Below are positions 31,210-41,300 of a stretch of 52,665 nt of DNA, in pieces. A program made the position numbers and the translations under genes. Source of the stretch: a virus (lineage: Duplodnaviria > Heunggongvirae > Uroviricota > Caudoviricetes). The stretch lies in IMG/VR virus record IMGVR_UViG_3300036856_000037. One strand, given 5' to 3'. Each line of letters begins with the position of its first letter. Within the stretch, counting starts at the first letter, position 1. The notes under the pieces are model-generated. The model was not told where the DNA came from and searched no databases. It worked only from the letters and a program-made list of their open reading frames with translations.

Positions 31210-32174
31210 GCATGGCGACCTTTACCGTCTCCGACTCCTGGACAGACCAGGGCACCATCAGCGGCACCGTGACGTTCTTTACCGCCGCGGGCAACGCCAC
31301 CGTCGCGTCCATCACCAACAGCGCGCTCTCGGCCACGCTCCACGTCGGGGTCCAGTACGCCGCGGTGTTCACCCACATCACGTGGAATGGGTGGCCCGCC
31401 GCTATACAGCCGATTGGCTTCGTCGGTGAGACCACCGAGACGGTCAGCCTTCGTGCCCTAGGTGGCCTGAGCGCGACGCTGAGCTATCCGTTCCAGCCAC
31501 CAGCGCAGGTGCAAGCGGGTGGCGCGGGGAGTGTCACCAGTGTGGCGGTGGAGCCTGCCAACGGTTTCACCGGCAGTGTTGCTAATGCCACCAGCACGCC
31601 GCAGATCACGATCAAAACATCCGTGACGGGTCTGCTGATAGGAGACGGCACCGCCGTCAGTGCTGCCACCAGCGGCGAGGACTACATGGACCCGGGGCCG
31701 CCCGTTGTCGTAGACCCTGATGGGGACTATCCCGTCACCTTGGGCGACGAGAGTAATGGCTCCAACATCGCATGGCGCCATCCTTCAGCGTTCGTTGACG
31801 GACGACTGAACCAGCGCGCCAACGGCGAGATCGTCTGGTCGGCCAACGTCAACAACGCCGACACCATGGACGACTCCACCCAGCCCGCCGCCAAGTTCGG
31901 CATGGACATGGCGAATGCCTTGATGACTTTCCAGAATTCAGCCGCGGGGAACACCTCGTGGAGCGGTAGCGCCAACGCAGAAATCGACATGGCCACCGGT
32001 GATTGGACCTTCAATCACAACGTGACGGTGGACGGCACGCTGACCTTCGGCGGTGCGGCGCCGGGCACTTCCACGGACGCAGGAAGCCCGGGGCAAATCG
32101 CCTACGACTCGCTCTACCTCTACCTCTGCGTTGCCACCGACACGTGGAAGCGCGTGGCACTCACCACCTTCTAG
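31206..32174 (+). CDS. minor tail/fibre-like protein
   Basis: T/S/G/A-rich; C-terminal G..GQIAYDS.YLYLCVATDTWKR fibre motif. Confidence 0.7.
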   Translation: MSMATFTVSDSWTDQGTISGTVTFFTAAGNATVASITNSALSATLHVGVQYAAVFTHITWNGWPAAIQPIGFVGETTETVSLRALGGLSATLSYPFQPPAQVQAGGAGSVTSVAVEPANGFTGSVANATSTPQITIKTSVTGLLIGDGTAVSAATSGEDYMDPGPPVVVDPDGDYPVTLGDESNGSNIAWRHPSAFVDGRLNQRANGEIVWSANVNNADTMDDSTQPAAKFGMDMANALMTFQNSAAGNTSWSGSANAEIDMATGDWTFNHNVTVDGTLTFGGAAPGTSTDAGSPGQIAYDSLYLYLCVATDTWKRVALTTF

Positions 32175-32184
32175 CCGCTATACC

Positions 32185-32210
32185 GATGTGCCAGCGGGGT
32201 GGCTTATACT
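32185..32210 (+). promoter_or_regulatory. dyad promoter, copy 4 (leaderless ATG at 32217)
   Basis: GATGTGCCAG-CGGGG-TGGCT-TATACT. Confidence 0.75.
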
Positions 32211-32216
32211 GTCCCT

Positions 32217-32408
32217 ATGTCCGCCACCCCTACGTTGATGACTAAGAAGCGGCATCGCTACCGCAAGGCCAAGTTTTATCGACGTAGGCGCACTTATGTT
32301 TTCCATCTCCATGATGTCCATGGCTGGTGCCGGGACTACGGAGATACGCACGACAACAGAGAGGCCGATTACTTCGACCGGGCGACCGGCGGGAAATTGG
32401 GCCTCTGA
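32217..32408 (+). CDS. small basic protein
   Basis: leaderless start. Confidence 0.6.
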   Translation: MSATPTLMTKKRHRYRKAKFYRRRRTYVFHLHDVHGWCRDYGDTHDNREADYFDRATGGKLGL

Positions 32409-32421
32409 TGACGGGAGAGAC

Positions 32422-32598
32422 ATGAGCGGCTGGACTTTTGAAGTCACCCTCGCCAAGGTCACGCGCAAGACGAAGACCGTCAAGGTGAGAGCCTTCTCCC
32501 AGCAAGAGGCCATCGAAAATGCTCAGCGGGCTACCCAGGGTGAGCCATGGGATGAGAAGCGCGAGACCGTGGAATACGACGTGAGGGAAATCTCCTGA
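32422..32598 (+). CDS. hypothetical protein
   Basis: GGGAG RBS; TGATG coupling. Confidence 0.6.
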   Translation: MSGWTFEVTLAKVTRKTKTVKVRAFSQQEAIENAQRATQGEPWDEKRETVEYDVREIS

Positions 32599-33470
32599 TG
32601 GGCGACGGTACCGGCATTGAGTGGACGGATGCGACGTGGAATCCGGTCACCGGATGCGACAAGGTTTCTGCGGGTTGCGACCACTGTTATGCCGAGACCA
32701 TTGCGCACCGCTTCGCCGGCGGGAAGGCGTATCCGAATGGGTTCGCCGTCACCCTGCGGCCTGAGCGGCTGGACCAGCCCATCCGCTGGAAGCGTCCCAG
32801 GCGTGTGTTCGTTAATTCGATGTCCGACTTGTTCCACGATGAGATACCCGACAGCTACATCGCCGAAGTATTTGCCGTCATGGCGGTTGCCCGGCAGCAC
32901 ACCTTTCAGATTCTGACCAAGCGGCACGCGCGGATGCGCTCACTCCTGTCGTCGTCTGACTTCCAGGCCGACGTGGAGCACCGCGCTCTGGACCAGTACG
33001 GAAGCCTGCACAGCGACTATCCGCTGAAGAACGTCTGGCTCGGCATCAGTGCTGAGGACCAGAAGTGGGCTGACATCCGCATCCCGGCGTTGTTGGAGAC
33101 GCCCGCCGCCGTCCGGTTCGTGTCAGCTGAACCCCTCCTGGGTCCCATCAACATGTGGCACTCCTACTGTCCTGAGCACGACTTCCCCGGCGGCATGTGC
33201 ACCTTCTCGTGTCCGCAGAGACGGCGGCTGGACTGGGTCATTGTGGGTGGAGAGTCGGGACGTGGCGCTCGTCCCATGCAGGTCGACTGGGTCAGGGCAA
33301 TCCGCGACCAATGCGTGGAGAACAAGGTTGCCTTTTTGCTGAAGCAATGGGGCGAGTACGGCATACAGGGCTGGCGGGTCGGGGAACTCGACGGACCCAT
33401 GGTGCGCATGGGGAAGAAAAATGCCGGGCGGCAGTTAGATGGCCGCACCTGGGACGAATATCCAACATAG
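32598..33470 (+). CDS. phage Gp37/Gp68 (DUF5131) radical-SAM-like protein
   Basis: IEWTDATWNPVTGCDKVSAGCDHCYA, FVNSMSDLFH, RFVSAEPLLG, DWVIVGGESG, KQWG. Confidence 0.92.
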   Translation: MGDGTGIEWTDATWNPVTGCDKVSAGCDHCYAETIAHRFAGGKAYPNGFAVTLRPERLDQPIRWKRPRRVFVNSMSDLFHDEIPDSYIAEVFAVMAVARQHTFQILTKRHARMRSLLSSSDFQADVEHRALDQYGSLHSDYPLKNVWLGISAEDQKWADIRIPALLETPAAVRFVSAEPLLGPINMWHSYCPEHDFPGGMCTFSCPQRRRLDWVIVGGESGRGARPMQVDWVRAIRDQCVENKVAFLLKQWGEYGIQGWRVGELDGPMVRMGKKNAGRQLDGRTWDEYPT

Positions 33471-33478
33471 GGGAGCAC

Positions 33479-33775
33479 ATGGGAGCAGAGACTTTCGACT
33501 GCACATTCGCGGGCGTTGACGCCAAGGAGGCGTACCAGGAGGCCGTCAAGGACGCCCAGTACTGGCACGGCCACGCGGGCTACACCGGGACTATCGCGGA
33601 GAAGAGCGGCTACGTGATGATCACCAACACCAAGATGTCGGCTGATGATGCCGAGGAATTGGGCGCGCAACTGATCGAGTCGTGCGATGACCGCATCGAC
33701 GACAAGTGGGGTCCAGCGGGCTGTATCCCACTGGAGGACGGGCGGTATTATTTCTTCGGTTGGGCGAGTTCATGA
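33479..33775 (+). CDS. conserved phage hypothetical protein
   Basis: GGGAG RBS; YWHGH.GYTGTIAEK, DKWGPAG, FFGWASS. Confidence 0.75.
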   Translation: MGAETFDCTFAGVDAKEAYQEAVKDAQYWHGHAGYTGTIAEKSGYVMITNTKMSADDAEELGAQLIESCDDRIDDKWGPAGCIPLEDGRYYFFGWASS

Positions 33776-33839
33776 TTTGCCCCGGCTGTAATCACTTCAA
33801 GTTCAGCCCCATTCACCTGTATTACAACTGGATTGGGCT

Positions 33840-34181
33840 GTGCAAGGGACGCAACACCTGGTGACCCTCCCTACGGAGCACCGGCAGTCCCATAACGGCA
33901 GGTTCATCATCTGCGTGGCGGACGGCCAGCGTTGGCCCTGCAACACCGTCGCCGCCGCGATGTCAGAACTTGAAGCCCTGTCGGAGCAGTGTCAGTTCAT
34001 CTGTCCTGACTGCGCAGGCTTTGTGTGGATGCAGATGCAGCACGGTGAGATGTGGTGCCCCAATGGAGGAGACTGCCGGTACTACGCCAGCCAGTTCGAC
34101 ATCCTCAGGCTGGTGTTCGACCCATCGCTGACCGCCGTCCAAGCGGAGGTCGAAGAATACCGGCAGAGGTTCCGCGTATGA
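33840..34181 (+). CDS. hypothetical protein (Cys-rich)
   Basis: start uncertain. Confidence 0.5.
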   Translation: MQGTQHLVTLPTEHRQSHNGRFIICVADGQRWPCNTVAAAMSELEALSEQCQFICPDCAGFVWMQMQHGEMWCPNGGDCRYYASQFDILRLVFDPSLTAVQAEVEEYRQRFRV

Positions 34182-34304
34182 AGACGTCGGACGGCGGCCA
34201 AATGTATTCCCGGGGAGCATATGACCTAGCGGCTGTCCTCCGACTGATGCCGCCCGCCAATTTCCTTTCGGAAGCAACGAGAGAACGGCGGGCGGCATCA
34301 CCCT

Positions 34305-34814
34305 CTAGGCGTCTTGGCCGTATGCCTGGTCTCGAGCACGCCGTAGCGCGCGGATGAGCTTGTTGAGGTCATCCCGACTGAGCTCATCTGAATACATGAC
34401 AGCCGAGCCGTCTGGCTGAACGCCGGCCAGCTCCACCGTATCCTTCAGGATCTCAACACTCGGAGCCTTTTCCAGTCCGAGCACCGTTGCCATGGCACCA
34501 GCCAGGTCGCTAATCCCCTGGGAGGTGTCCAGTGTGCCCAGCATGGTGGCGAGCCCACCTTCGGTCTCATCGACCACATCTCCCTCTAGTCGCTTGGGAG
34601 GGGCGCTGGCCGAGATGGTGGCTGACCTTCTGGGGGGTGGACAGGAGGTGCATCCGGTCAGGACGCCATCGCATCCATTGGGACACGCTTCCTGGACGGG
34701 ATAACGCTGGATGGATAGCTGGACGTAGCCAGCGGGCTCTCGTCGCCAGTGCACCGAGGTTTCGGTGTTGACACGCTTGTCGACGCGCGCGAATTGAATC
34801 TTTTCATGCGGCAT
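34305..34814 (-). CDS. hypothetical protein
   Basis: AAGGA RBS before ATG 34814. Confidence 0.65.
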   Translation of the reverse strand: MPHEKIQFARVDKRVNTETSVHWRREPAGYVQLSIQRYPVQEACPNGCDGVLTGCTSCPPPRRSATISASAPPKRLEGDVVDETEGGLATMLGTLDTSQGISDLAGAMATVLGLEKAPSVEILKDTVELAGVQPDGSAVMYSDELSRDDLNKLIRALRRARDQAYGQDA

Positions 34815-34891
34815 TTCTATTCCTTTGTTTAGGGCATAGCGCCCATCCGTAGCGGACACGAATAAGGTAGCACCGCGCTAGGCTTTACGGC

Positions 34892-35122
34892 ATGTCACAG
34901 GAGACTTTGGAACGTCCTGATACCAAGGCGGACGACGGCCACACCGGCACCGGGCCAGAGGTATTCCACTACGTCAAAAAGGACAAGATCATCAAGAGCA
35001 CGGTCGACGGCGATCACGTCGTGGCGCTGTGTGGTGAGGTCTTCCCGGTGACCAAGCAGGCCAAGCCAGGCTCCCCGGTGTGCCCAGAGTGCAAGCGTCT
35101 GTACCACATGCTCAAGCCGTGA
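34892..35122 (+). CDS. DUF3039-family protein (actinobacterial)
   Basis: FHYVKKDKI..S.V.G..VVALCGEVFPVTK..KPGSPVCPECK; leaderless (TAGGCT-N7-ATG). Confidence 0.88.
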   Translation: MSQETLERPDTKADDGHTGTGPEVFHYVKKDKIIKSTVDGDHVVALCGEVFPVTKQAKPGSPVCPECKRLYHMLKP

Positions 35123-35385
35123 GCGACGACTTCAGCATCATGTCGGAGCGCGCCTGCGCCAAGTGTGGTGATGAGGTCCTCATTCTGTCATCACGCGACT
35201 GGTGTGACGGATGCGAGATGGAGGACGCGGAGTGTCGGCGTTGTCACGCGACCATCGACTTCGGGCTGACCAGCACGGGCGACTGGGAGTGGCACAGTCT
35301 GCGGACCGGTTCAATTCACTGCCCGCCGGGCACGCCTGGCCGACACTATCCGGTTAACCCCATCGTGGGCATCGACTACGGATAA
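35119..35385 (+). CDS. Cys-rich hypothetical protein
   Basis: CAKC, CDGC, CRRC. Confidence 0.6.
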   Translation: MSDDFSIMSERACAKCGDEVLILSSRDWCDGCEMEDAECRRCHATIDFGLTSTGDWEWHSLRTGSIHCPPGTPGRHYPVNPIVGIDYG

Positions 35386-35404
35386 GCTGCCACAAGGAGG
35401 AACT

Positions 35405-35614
35405 GTGGAACGCATTGACCTGGGTGACTTCCCCTTCGAGGTGGTGGCGCGCGACGACATAGCGCCGGGGAAGGTGTACATGGGGAGCGGCGCGGCGGCC
35501 CTGCGTCCCAGTCCCTTGGGCTTCCTGACGGACGGCGGTTTGGCCGAAGCGGGATTCAAGCTGATCGGCACCGTTAGTCCAGAGGACCCGCTGCGCCTTA
35601 AGGAGCAGGAGTAG
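35405..35614 (+). CDS. hypothetical protein
   Basis: AGGAGG RBS. Confidence 0.65.
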   Translation: MERIDLGDFPFEVVARDDIAPGKVYMGSGAAALRPSPLGFLTDGGLAEAGFKLIGTVSPEDPLRLKEQE

Positions 35615-35805
35615 TGGAGCACGTCGACATCTATTACCCCGCCATCCACAACCCGCCCTACAGCGTGCGCGTCACTGACACTGAGACCGGCATGGTAGTG
35701 ACCGAGCATGGGGAACAGGGAGAGCCGATGCTGGTCATCAAACGCCGCGCGCTCAATGAAATGGAGCGTCGTCGCAACGACTTACGACCTCCAAAAACGG
35801 TCTAG
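35614..35805 (+). CDS. hypothetical protein
   Basis: TAGTG coupling. Confidence 0.6.
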   Translation: MEHVDIYYPAIHNPPYSVRVTDTETGMVVTEHGEQGEPMLVIKRRALNEMERRRNDLRPPKTV

Positions 35806-35806
35806 T

Positions 35807-35832
35807 GATGTGCCAGCGCGCTGGCGTATAAT
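35807..35832 (+). promoter_or_regulatory. dyad promoter, copy 5
   Basis: GATGTGCCAG-CGCGC-TGGCG-TATAAT. Confidence 0.75.
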
Positions 35833-35860
35833 TAGCGTGTGACACTTACTGGTACTCGCC

Positions 35861-36199
35861 ATGGCTAGCGAATCGCGTCAGCGCGGCGTAATGATCAGCG
35901 TTCGTGTTGATGACGACGAGGCGGCGTTTATTGCCCGCAGCGCGGAATCGCGCGGTGTCACTGTCAGCGAATTCATGCGCGACCGCGCGTTGTGTGCGCC
36001 GGAATTTGTCGCACCTGACATCAGCGATGAAGAGTTTCGCCGTCGCGTCCGCGCTGCGTGGGCAAACCTCGACTCCATCGAGGAGATGTGTCGGCGGACC
36101 AAGTCGGGCCGCGCGACGATGAAACGCTGGCTTGATGGCACAGCAGTCCCCCATCGAATGGGGCGGCTGACGATACTCATGGCATTGGAGATGGACTGA
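35861..36199 (+). CDS. ribbon-helix-helix + HTH DNA-binding protein
   Basis: ISVRVDDDE..I...A...GVTVSEFMR (RHH); SIEEMCRRTK.GRATMKRWL.G (HTH-like). Confidence 0.75.
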   Translation: MASESRQRGVMISVRVDDDEAAFIARSAESRGVTVSEFMRDRALCAPEFVAPDISDEEFRRRVRAAWANLDSIEEMCRRTKSGRATMKRWLDGTAVPHRMGRLTILMALEMD

Positions 36200-36546
36200 T
36201 GACAGTCATCATCAACCCCGGTAGTCACATCCCGCCGAATATCCCCAACACGTACGAGCGTGCCCAGGCGTACGCGCAGGAGTGGCTCGAGAAGATGATA
36301 AAAGAAGGCTTTGGCGACATCGAAATGGTCAGCACCGGCGAGTGTCATGAGGGCCGGTGGACGTTTATCTTTCGCCACCTCGTCACCCGTGTCCAAGTAC
36401 GGCTGGACCAGCACGGTATCGAGTCCACCGAGGACTTTATCTGTCCGCCGCGCGTGTACTGGAACGGGTCCAGTAGTAGCAGCCCGCAGATAGACGACTT
36501 TGCCGCGAAGGGATACGTGATGACCTACCGGAAAGTGGAGTCATGA
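36199..36546 (+). CDS. hypothetical protein
   Basis: TGATG coupling. Confidence 0.7.
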   Translation: MTVIINPGSHIPPNIPNTYERAQAYAQEWLEKMIKEGFGDIEMVSTGECHEGRWTFIFRHLVTRVQVRLDQHGIESTEDFICPPRVYWNGSSSSSPQIDDFAAKGYVMTYRKVES

Positions 36547-36685
36547 AGTTCCTCAACGAGACCCTGCGGTTGGAGCAGGAGGCCCGACGGCTCAAGGCTG
36601 AGACCAGGCGACTGGAGGCTGAACTACATGTCGTCCAGCGCAAGACCCATGACGCCAAGCACGGCGTCCCGCAGGAGCGTGTGTG

Positions 36686-36961
36686 ATGAAACGTGTCGCT
36701 GTCGTCCTGCTGTTGGTGGCCTCACTGCTCACCGGGTGTCACCAACCCGACAAATGTAAGCACAAGGCCATGGCGCTGGCGTCCCTGCAGGCCCCGCTGG
36801 GTGGTGGTGGTGGCGGGGGTGGTCGCGGTGGTGGAGGCGGCGGGGGCCGCGGCTCCGGTGAGGAAGATGAAGAAGCTCCTGGCGGGGGTGGGGGTGGTCG
36901 CGGTGGTCCTAACCGCCAGCCTGCACCGCTCCCGTGGTACTTCGGCGGAGACGGTTGCTGA
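36686..36961 (+). CDS. Gly-rich lipoprotein
   Basis: signal peptide with lipobox LTGC; poly-Gly tracts. Confidence 0.7.
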   Translation: MKRVAVVLLLVASLLTGCHQPDKCKHKAMALASLQAPLGGGGGGGGRGGGGGGGRGSGEEDEEAPGGGGGGRGGPNRQPAPLPWYFGGDGC

Positions 36962-37176
36962 TGGGCGACCCGTGCTACGACTGCGGCACCCCCAGCGTGT
37001 TCGACGATGAAGGGTGCTATTGGCACTGTCCGAGATGTGGCGTCGGCGTGGACCAGGATGGCCAGACCGTCCTCAAGAACGGCACCGTGGGGTTCACCTT
37101 CTCCCAGCGGACGAAGGACTTCTGGTGGCGACTGTGGTTACGGATGCTACGAGCGATAGGGCTAGGTGATGAGTGA
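36961..37176 (+). CDS. Zn-ribbon protein
   Basis: CYDC, CPRC. Confidence 0.6.
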   Translation: MGDPCYDCGTPSVFDDEGCYWHCPRCGVGVDQDGQTVLKNGTVGFTFSQRTKDFWWRLWLRMLRAIGLGDE

Positions 37177-37399
37177 GTTGAAACAAGGCGTGGACTTTCT
37201 TGCCGACGAGAAGGGAGAGGTCACCCACCGGCGCGGACCAGACGGTGAATGGCACCCCGCGTGTGCAGGGTGTAAGGACCCCATCGTGTGGGGCGACGTC
37301 TACATGTTCGGCTATGAGCGCACCCAGCTAGGGGACGTTGCGCGGATGGTCCACCTATCCCACTTCGACACCGGGCTCGACCGGCAGTCGGTGAATTGA
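37169..37399 (+). CDS. hypothetical protein
   Basis: coupled; CAGC. Confidence 0.6.
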   Translation: MSELKQGVDFLADEKGEVTHRRGPDGEWHPACAGCKDPIVWGDVYMFGYERTQLGDVARMVHLSHFDTGLDRQSVN

Positions 37400-37776
37400 T
37401 GTGGGAGAAGCGCGGCAAGGGGCTGTCCGTGTTTGACATCCAAGCACGTCTGCGCCTGGAGTCCTTCATGCCCGGCGGGAGGAGGCGGGGCGGCAAGGTT
37501 GCGCGCTGGTGGTCTCGTCACAACCTGGTCAAGTGCTTCCAGCGGGGTCGCTGGGAGGACTCCGGCGACGGCATACACGGCAGGTGGTACCCCAAGCGCA
37601 GTGCTGATGAGATTGCCTGCATTTACTACGAGCACTTTGACCGTTGGCCCGAGGATTTCCACTGGGCACAGCCACTTATCAAGCGGGCATTCCTCTACCA
37701 CTTCCCCGGCCCTGAGGGGAATGCGTTCCGTCATATGGTCTGGCCACCCCCGCTGCACCGGGAGTTCGGCAAATGA
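37399..37776 (+). CDS. hypothetical protein
   Basis: TGATG coupling. Confidence 0.6.
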   Translation: MWEKRGKGLSVFDIQARLRLESFMPGGRRRGGKVARWWSRHNLVKCFQRGRWEDSGDGIHGRWYPKRSADEIACIYYEHFDRWPEDFHWAQPLIKRAFLYHFPGPEGNAFRHMVWPPPLHREFGK

Positions 37777-37788
37777 ACGAGGAGTGAT

Positions 37789-38151
37789 ATGCCCAGCTAC
37801 ATCGTGAAGGTCCACCCCGACAAGGACGAGTACGTCTATTGGTCCACCATCGTGGACGCGCCACTATTCCTCGGCAACCGAGAGGACCTGAGGGGATACC
37901 TCCTACACGATGCAGGCGGCAGTGGTGGAGAAGCGGCCAGTCCCGGGCGCTTTGAGCGCGCCGACAAGACGGGCACGTCCAGCATGGACGGGTTCTACGA
38001 CTGGGACGACAAGACGTTCATCGTGGAGCAGCGCGGGGTGGTCAAGCGTGAAGACTTACCTGAACTCGCGCGCTGCATGTCAGAGAACAAGCCGTACCCG
38101 CACCTCCTGCATCCATTCGAGGACGGCCATATGAATGCCAAGTGGGACTGA
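37789..38151 (+). CDS. hypothetical protein
   Basis: GAGGAG RBS. Confidence 0.7.
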   Translation: MPSYIVKVHPDKDEYVYWSTIVDAPLFLGNREDLRGYLLHDAGGSGGEAASPGRFERADKTGTSSMDGFYDWDDKTFIVEQRGVVKREDLPELARCMSENKPYPHLLHPFEDGHMNAKWD

Positions 38152-38368
38152 TGAAGCGCGCCTACCCCTACGTCACCCGCCATCAGTTTGCACACGGCCA
38201 TGGCTACACGCTTTTCTTGACACGAAGCGTCCACATGGAGCTAACGCCCGAGGAGTACGACAACCTCAAGGCGTCGATAGACGAGGTTACAGAATCAGAG
38301 AAGCCCCTCACACGCGAGGAGGTGGACGACATATTGGCGAGTATCGACCGTCCTCCAAGGGATTCGGG

Positions 38369-41300
38369 TCAGTAGCCCGTGGTGTCCTGATATATGCACA
38401 CCCAGGCGGCTTTGACCGTGTCATAGAGGAACCGGACGACGTGTGTCTTGTTCACCACAGTGGTACCGAGCAACGTTCCACTGATGCCCGACGCAGCAAA
38501 CTTTGATCCCCAGGTAATGGTCCTCGCCGTGCCGTTGTCCTTGAATCGGAAGGTTAACTGCTGGCCGTCGATAGGATTGCCCGTCATCCCCGAGGTCATA
38601 GACGTGATTGCAGCGGCCAACGCGGTGATGAGTACCGTATTGGTGGAGTCCGTATTGAACGTCGGCGTGGCCGATGAAGTGATGGACGTGGTCCACGGGT
38701 TGATAAGCGCCGCACTGGTGGCCAGCCGGTACATAAGGATGCCGCTGGTGCCGGGGATGTCAATTGGGGTGCCCGAGACGTTGTAGCCATGCGGGGTGCC
38801 GGTCCAGTTGACCTCGCAGGTGGCGTCTTCCAGGTAGACGATGGCCAGGTTGGAGCCCGGCATAGTCACCGAGTAGACGGAGATGAAACCGCTACCGATG
38901 TCAACCTTGGAGGACTGGGACAAGTCGAACACTGCGCCGGCGTTCGTGGCGTAGGCACGGTTGGAAACCTCCCAGTTGGAGACTGAGCCGGTGGCCTGGA
39001 CGAATTTGAGGATGCCGTCGTTGGCGTTGTTACTACCGATCTCTGTACGGAACTGGTCAATCCGCACGTTGGAGGAGTAGTCAATGTAGACATCCGGTCC
39101 ACCGTTGGTGGACTCATTGACCTCCAGGTTGCTCAGGACAGGCGAGAATTGGATGGTCAGCCTGATCATCGCCTCAGTCGATGGGCAGCCGTTGCGGTCC
39201 TGGTAGATGGCGGTAAATCGGTTAGCTGGCATCCCGACGTTGCCGTTGCCACACAGCCGGATGCAGGAGCCGGTGGTGCCGTATTCCGAACGGATGTTGT
39301 CGAACGTGCAGCCCCATACCGAGACCTGGTGACCGCTGGTCTCTTTCAAGAAGATGCCGCGATAGCACGTGCCCTGGAAGTCCAGGTTTTCAAAAATCCC
39401 GTGCCACCATCCATACCCCAGCGTGGTGGTGCAGTCGAAGCTGATCGCACCCGTACTGCTGTTGGACGAGCTCTGCTGGCTGGCGTAGGCGAAATTCAAG
39501 TTCCTGATGACGAAGTCATTGAAGTCCTCCGCTAGGAATGCAAAGATCTCATCACCATTGGTGGCCTGCGAGATGGTCGCACCCATACCGTTGATGGTCC
39601 AACTGCCGTAATGGGTTGTTGCGCCGGTGGTGCCCAGCGTCAGTGCACTGCTGATCTTGTACGTCTTCCCTGGCGTCAGGTAGCCCGTGCCCTGGTTTTG
39701 ATAGACGTTGTTGAGCCACGCCTGCATCGCAGTGGTGTCGTCCGTCGTGCCGTCCGCGTGGGCTCCGTAATTCTCCGGCACGTTCCACGCCGCCGAACTC
39801 TGCACGGCATAGAAGCAGTCCCAGTTCGCCGCCGTTGTGGGGGTGGCCGTCAAGGCAGTGAAGGTCGCGTTGGTATTGGGCCCCAGGACCACGATGGAGT
39901 TAGCGCCGCTGGACTCTACGGTGACGGCGCCCGTGGAGTTATTGATGACCTGGTACTGCGCACCTGCAGGAACGCTGGTGGTGGGAAGAAGAACCGTCTG
40001 CGTCGTGGTCCCGGTGAAGACTTGTATCTGGTCGCTCGTAATGGTCAGGGTGGTGGTGCCGCCCGCGGTGGCCGTACTGGTCATCTGCGCCAGGAACGCA
40101 TTCGACGACAGGTTGATATTCGCGTCCCACTCGGCAATCGTGCTGGCGGTGGGAGTGGTAGAGCCGCTGGCCGCGCCGGGACTGGCCCAGCTATTGTCGC
40201 CGCGCAGGAAGGTTGAGGTTGACGCTGACCCGGTGCCCAACTGGGCCGCCGCCACCAAGCCCGACGAGTTGAGGCCTGCGTAACCGCTGTTTTGGTTTTT
40301 GTTGCCCTGGACCTCACCCGTCCCACCGCCAGAGGGCACGGTGAAGGTGTTGCCGTCCGTCCCGGCGAGCGTCAGGGAGTTATTGACCGTCAGGTATTTT
40401 CCTGAGGCAGCAAACAGGCCGAGGTACTGGCAGTCCCAGTTGGCGGCGGTGGTGGGCGTCGCCGTCAGCGCAGAGAAGATGCCCGACGTCCCCGCCCCGA
40501 GGATGACGATGGTATTGGCGCCACTGGACTGGACGGTGACCAACCCGGTGCTGTTGTTGATGACCTGGTACTGCAACCCGGCGGGCACACTCGTCGTCGG
40601 GAGCTTGACGGTTTGCGTCGTCGTGCCGGTGAACACCTGGACCTGCGTACTCGCAATGGTCAGCGTCGTCGTGCCCGCCGCGGTGGCCGTACTGGTCGCC
40701 GACGTCAGAAAGGCGTTGGCCGCCAAGTTGAGGTTGGTGTCCCACTCAGCCGCCGTACTGGCAGTCGGAGAAGTCGAGCCACTGACGCCCGAGCCGCCCG
40801 GCGTCGACCAGGTGTTGTCACCGCGCAGGAAGGTGGAACTACTGGCCGACCCAGAACCCAGTTGCGCGGTGGCCACCACACCGGAGGAGTTAAGTCCTGC
40901 GTAGCCGCTGTTCTGGTTCTTGTTGCCCTGGATCTCTGCCGTCCCGCCGCCGGAGGGGACCGTCAGGGTGTTGCCATCGGTCCCGGCCAAGGTCAGGCTG
41001 TTGCTCACCGTCAGCACCTTGCCGCTGGCGATGCTGATGCCGAAGTACTCTCCACTCCACCCGGTGGTCGTCGTCGGGGTGGCCGAGGTGGCGGTGAAGA
41101 TGCCGCTGGTCCCCCCGGCCAGGATGGTAATCGTGCCGCCACCGGAAGCCTGCACGGTGACTGCTCCGGTGGACTGGTTGATGACCCAGTACTGCGCACC
41201 CGCCGGGATAGACGTGGTGGGGAGCTTCACCGTCTGCGTCGTCGTGCCGGTCAGGACTTGAATCTGATCACTGGTGATGGTCAACGTGGTGGTGCCCGCC

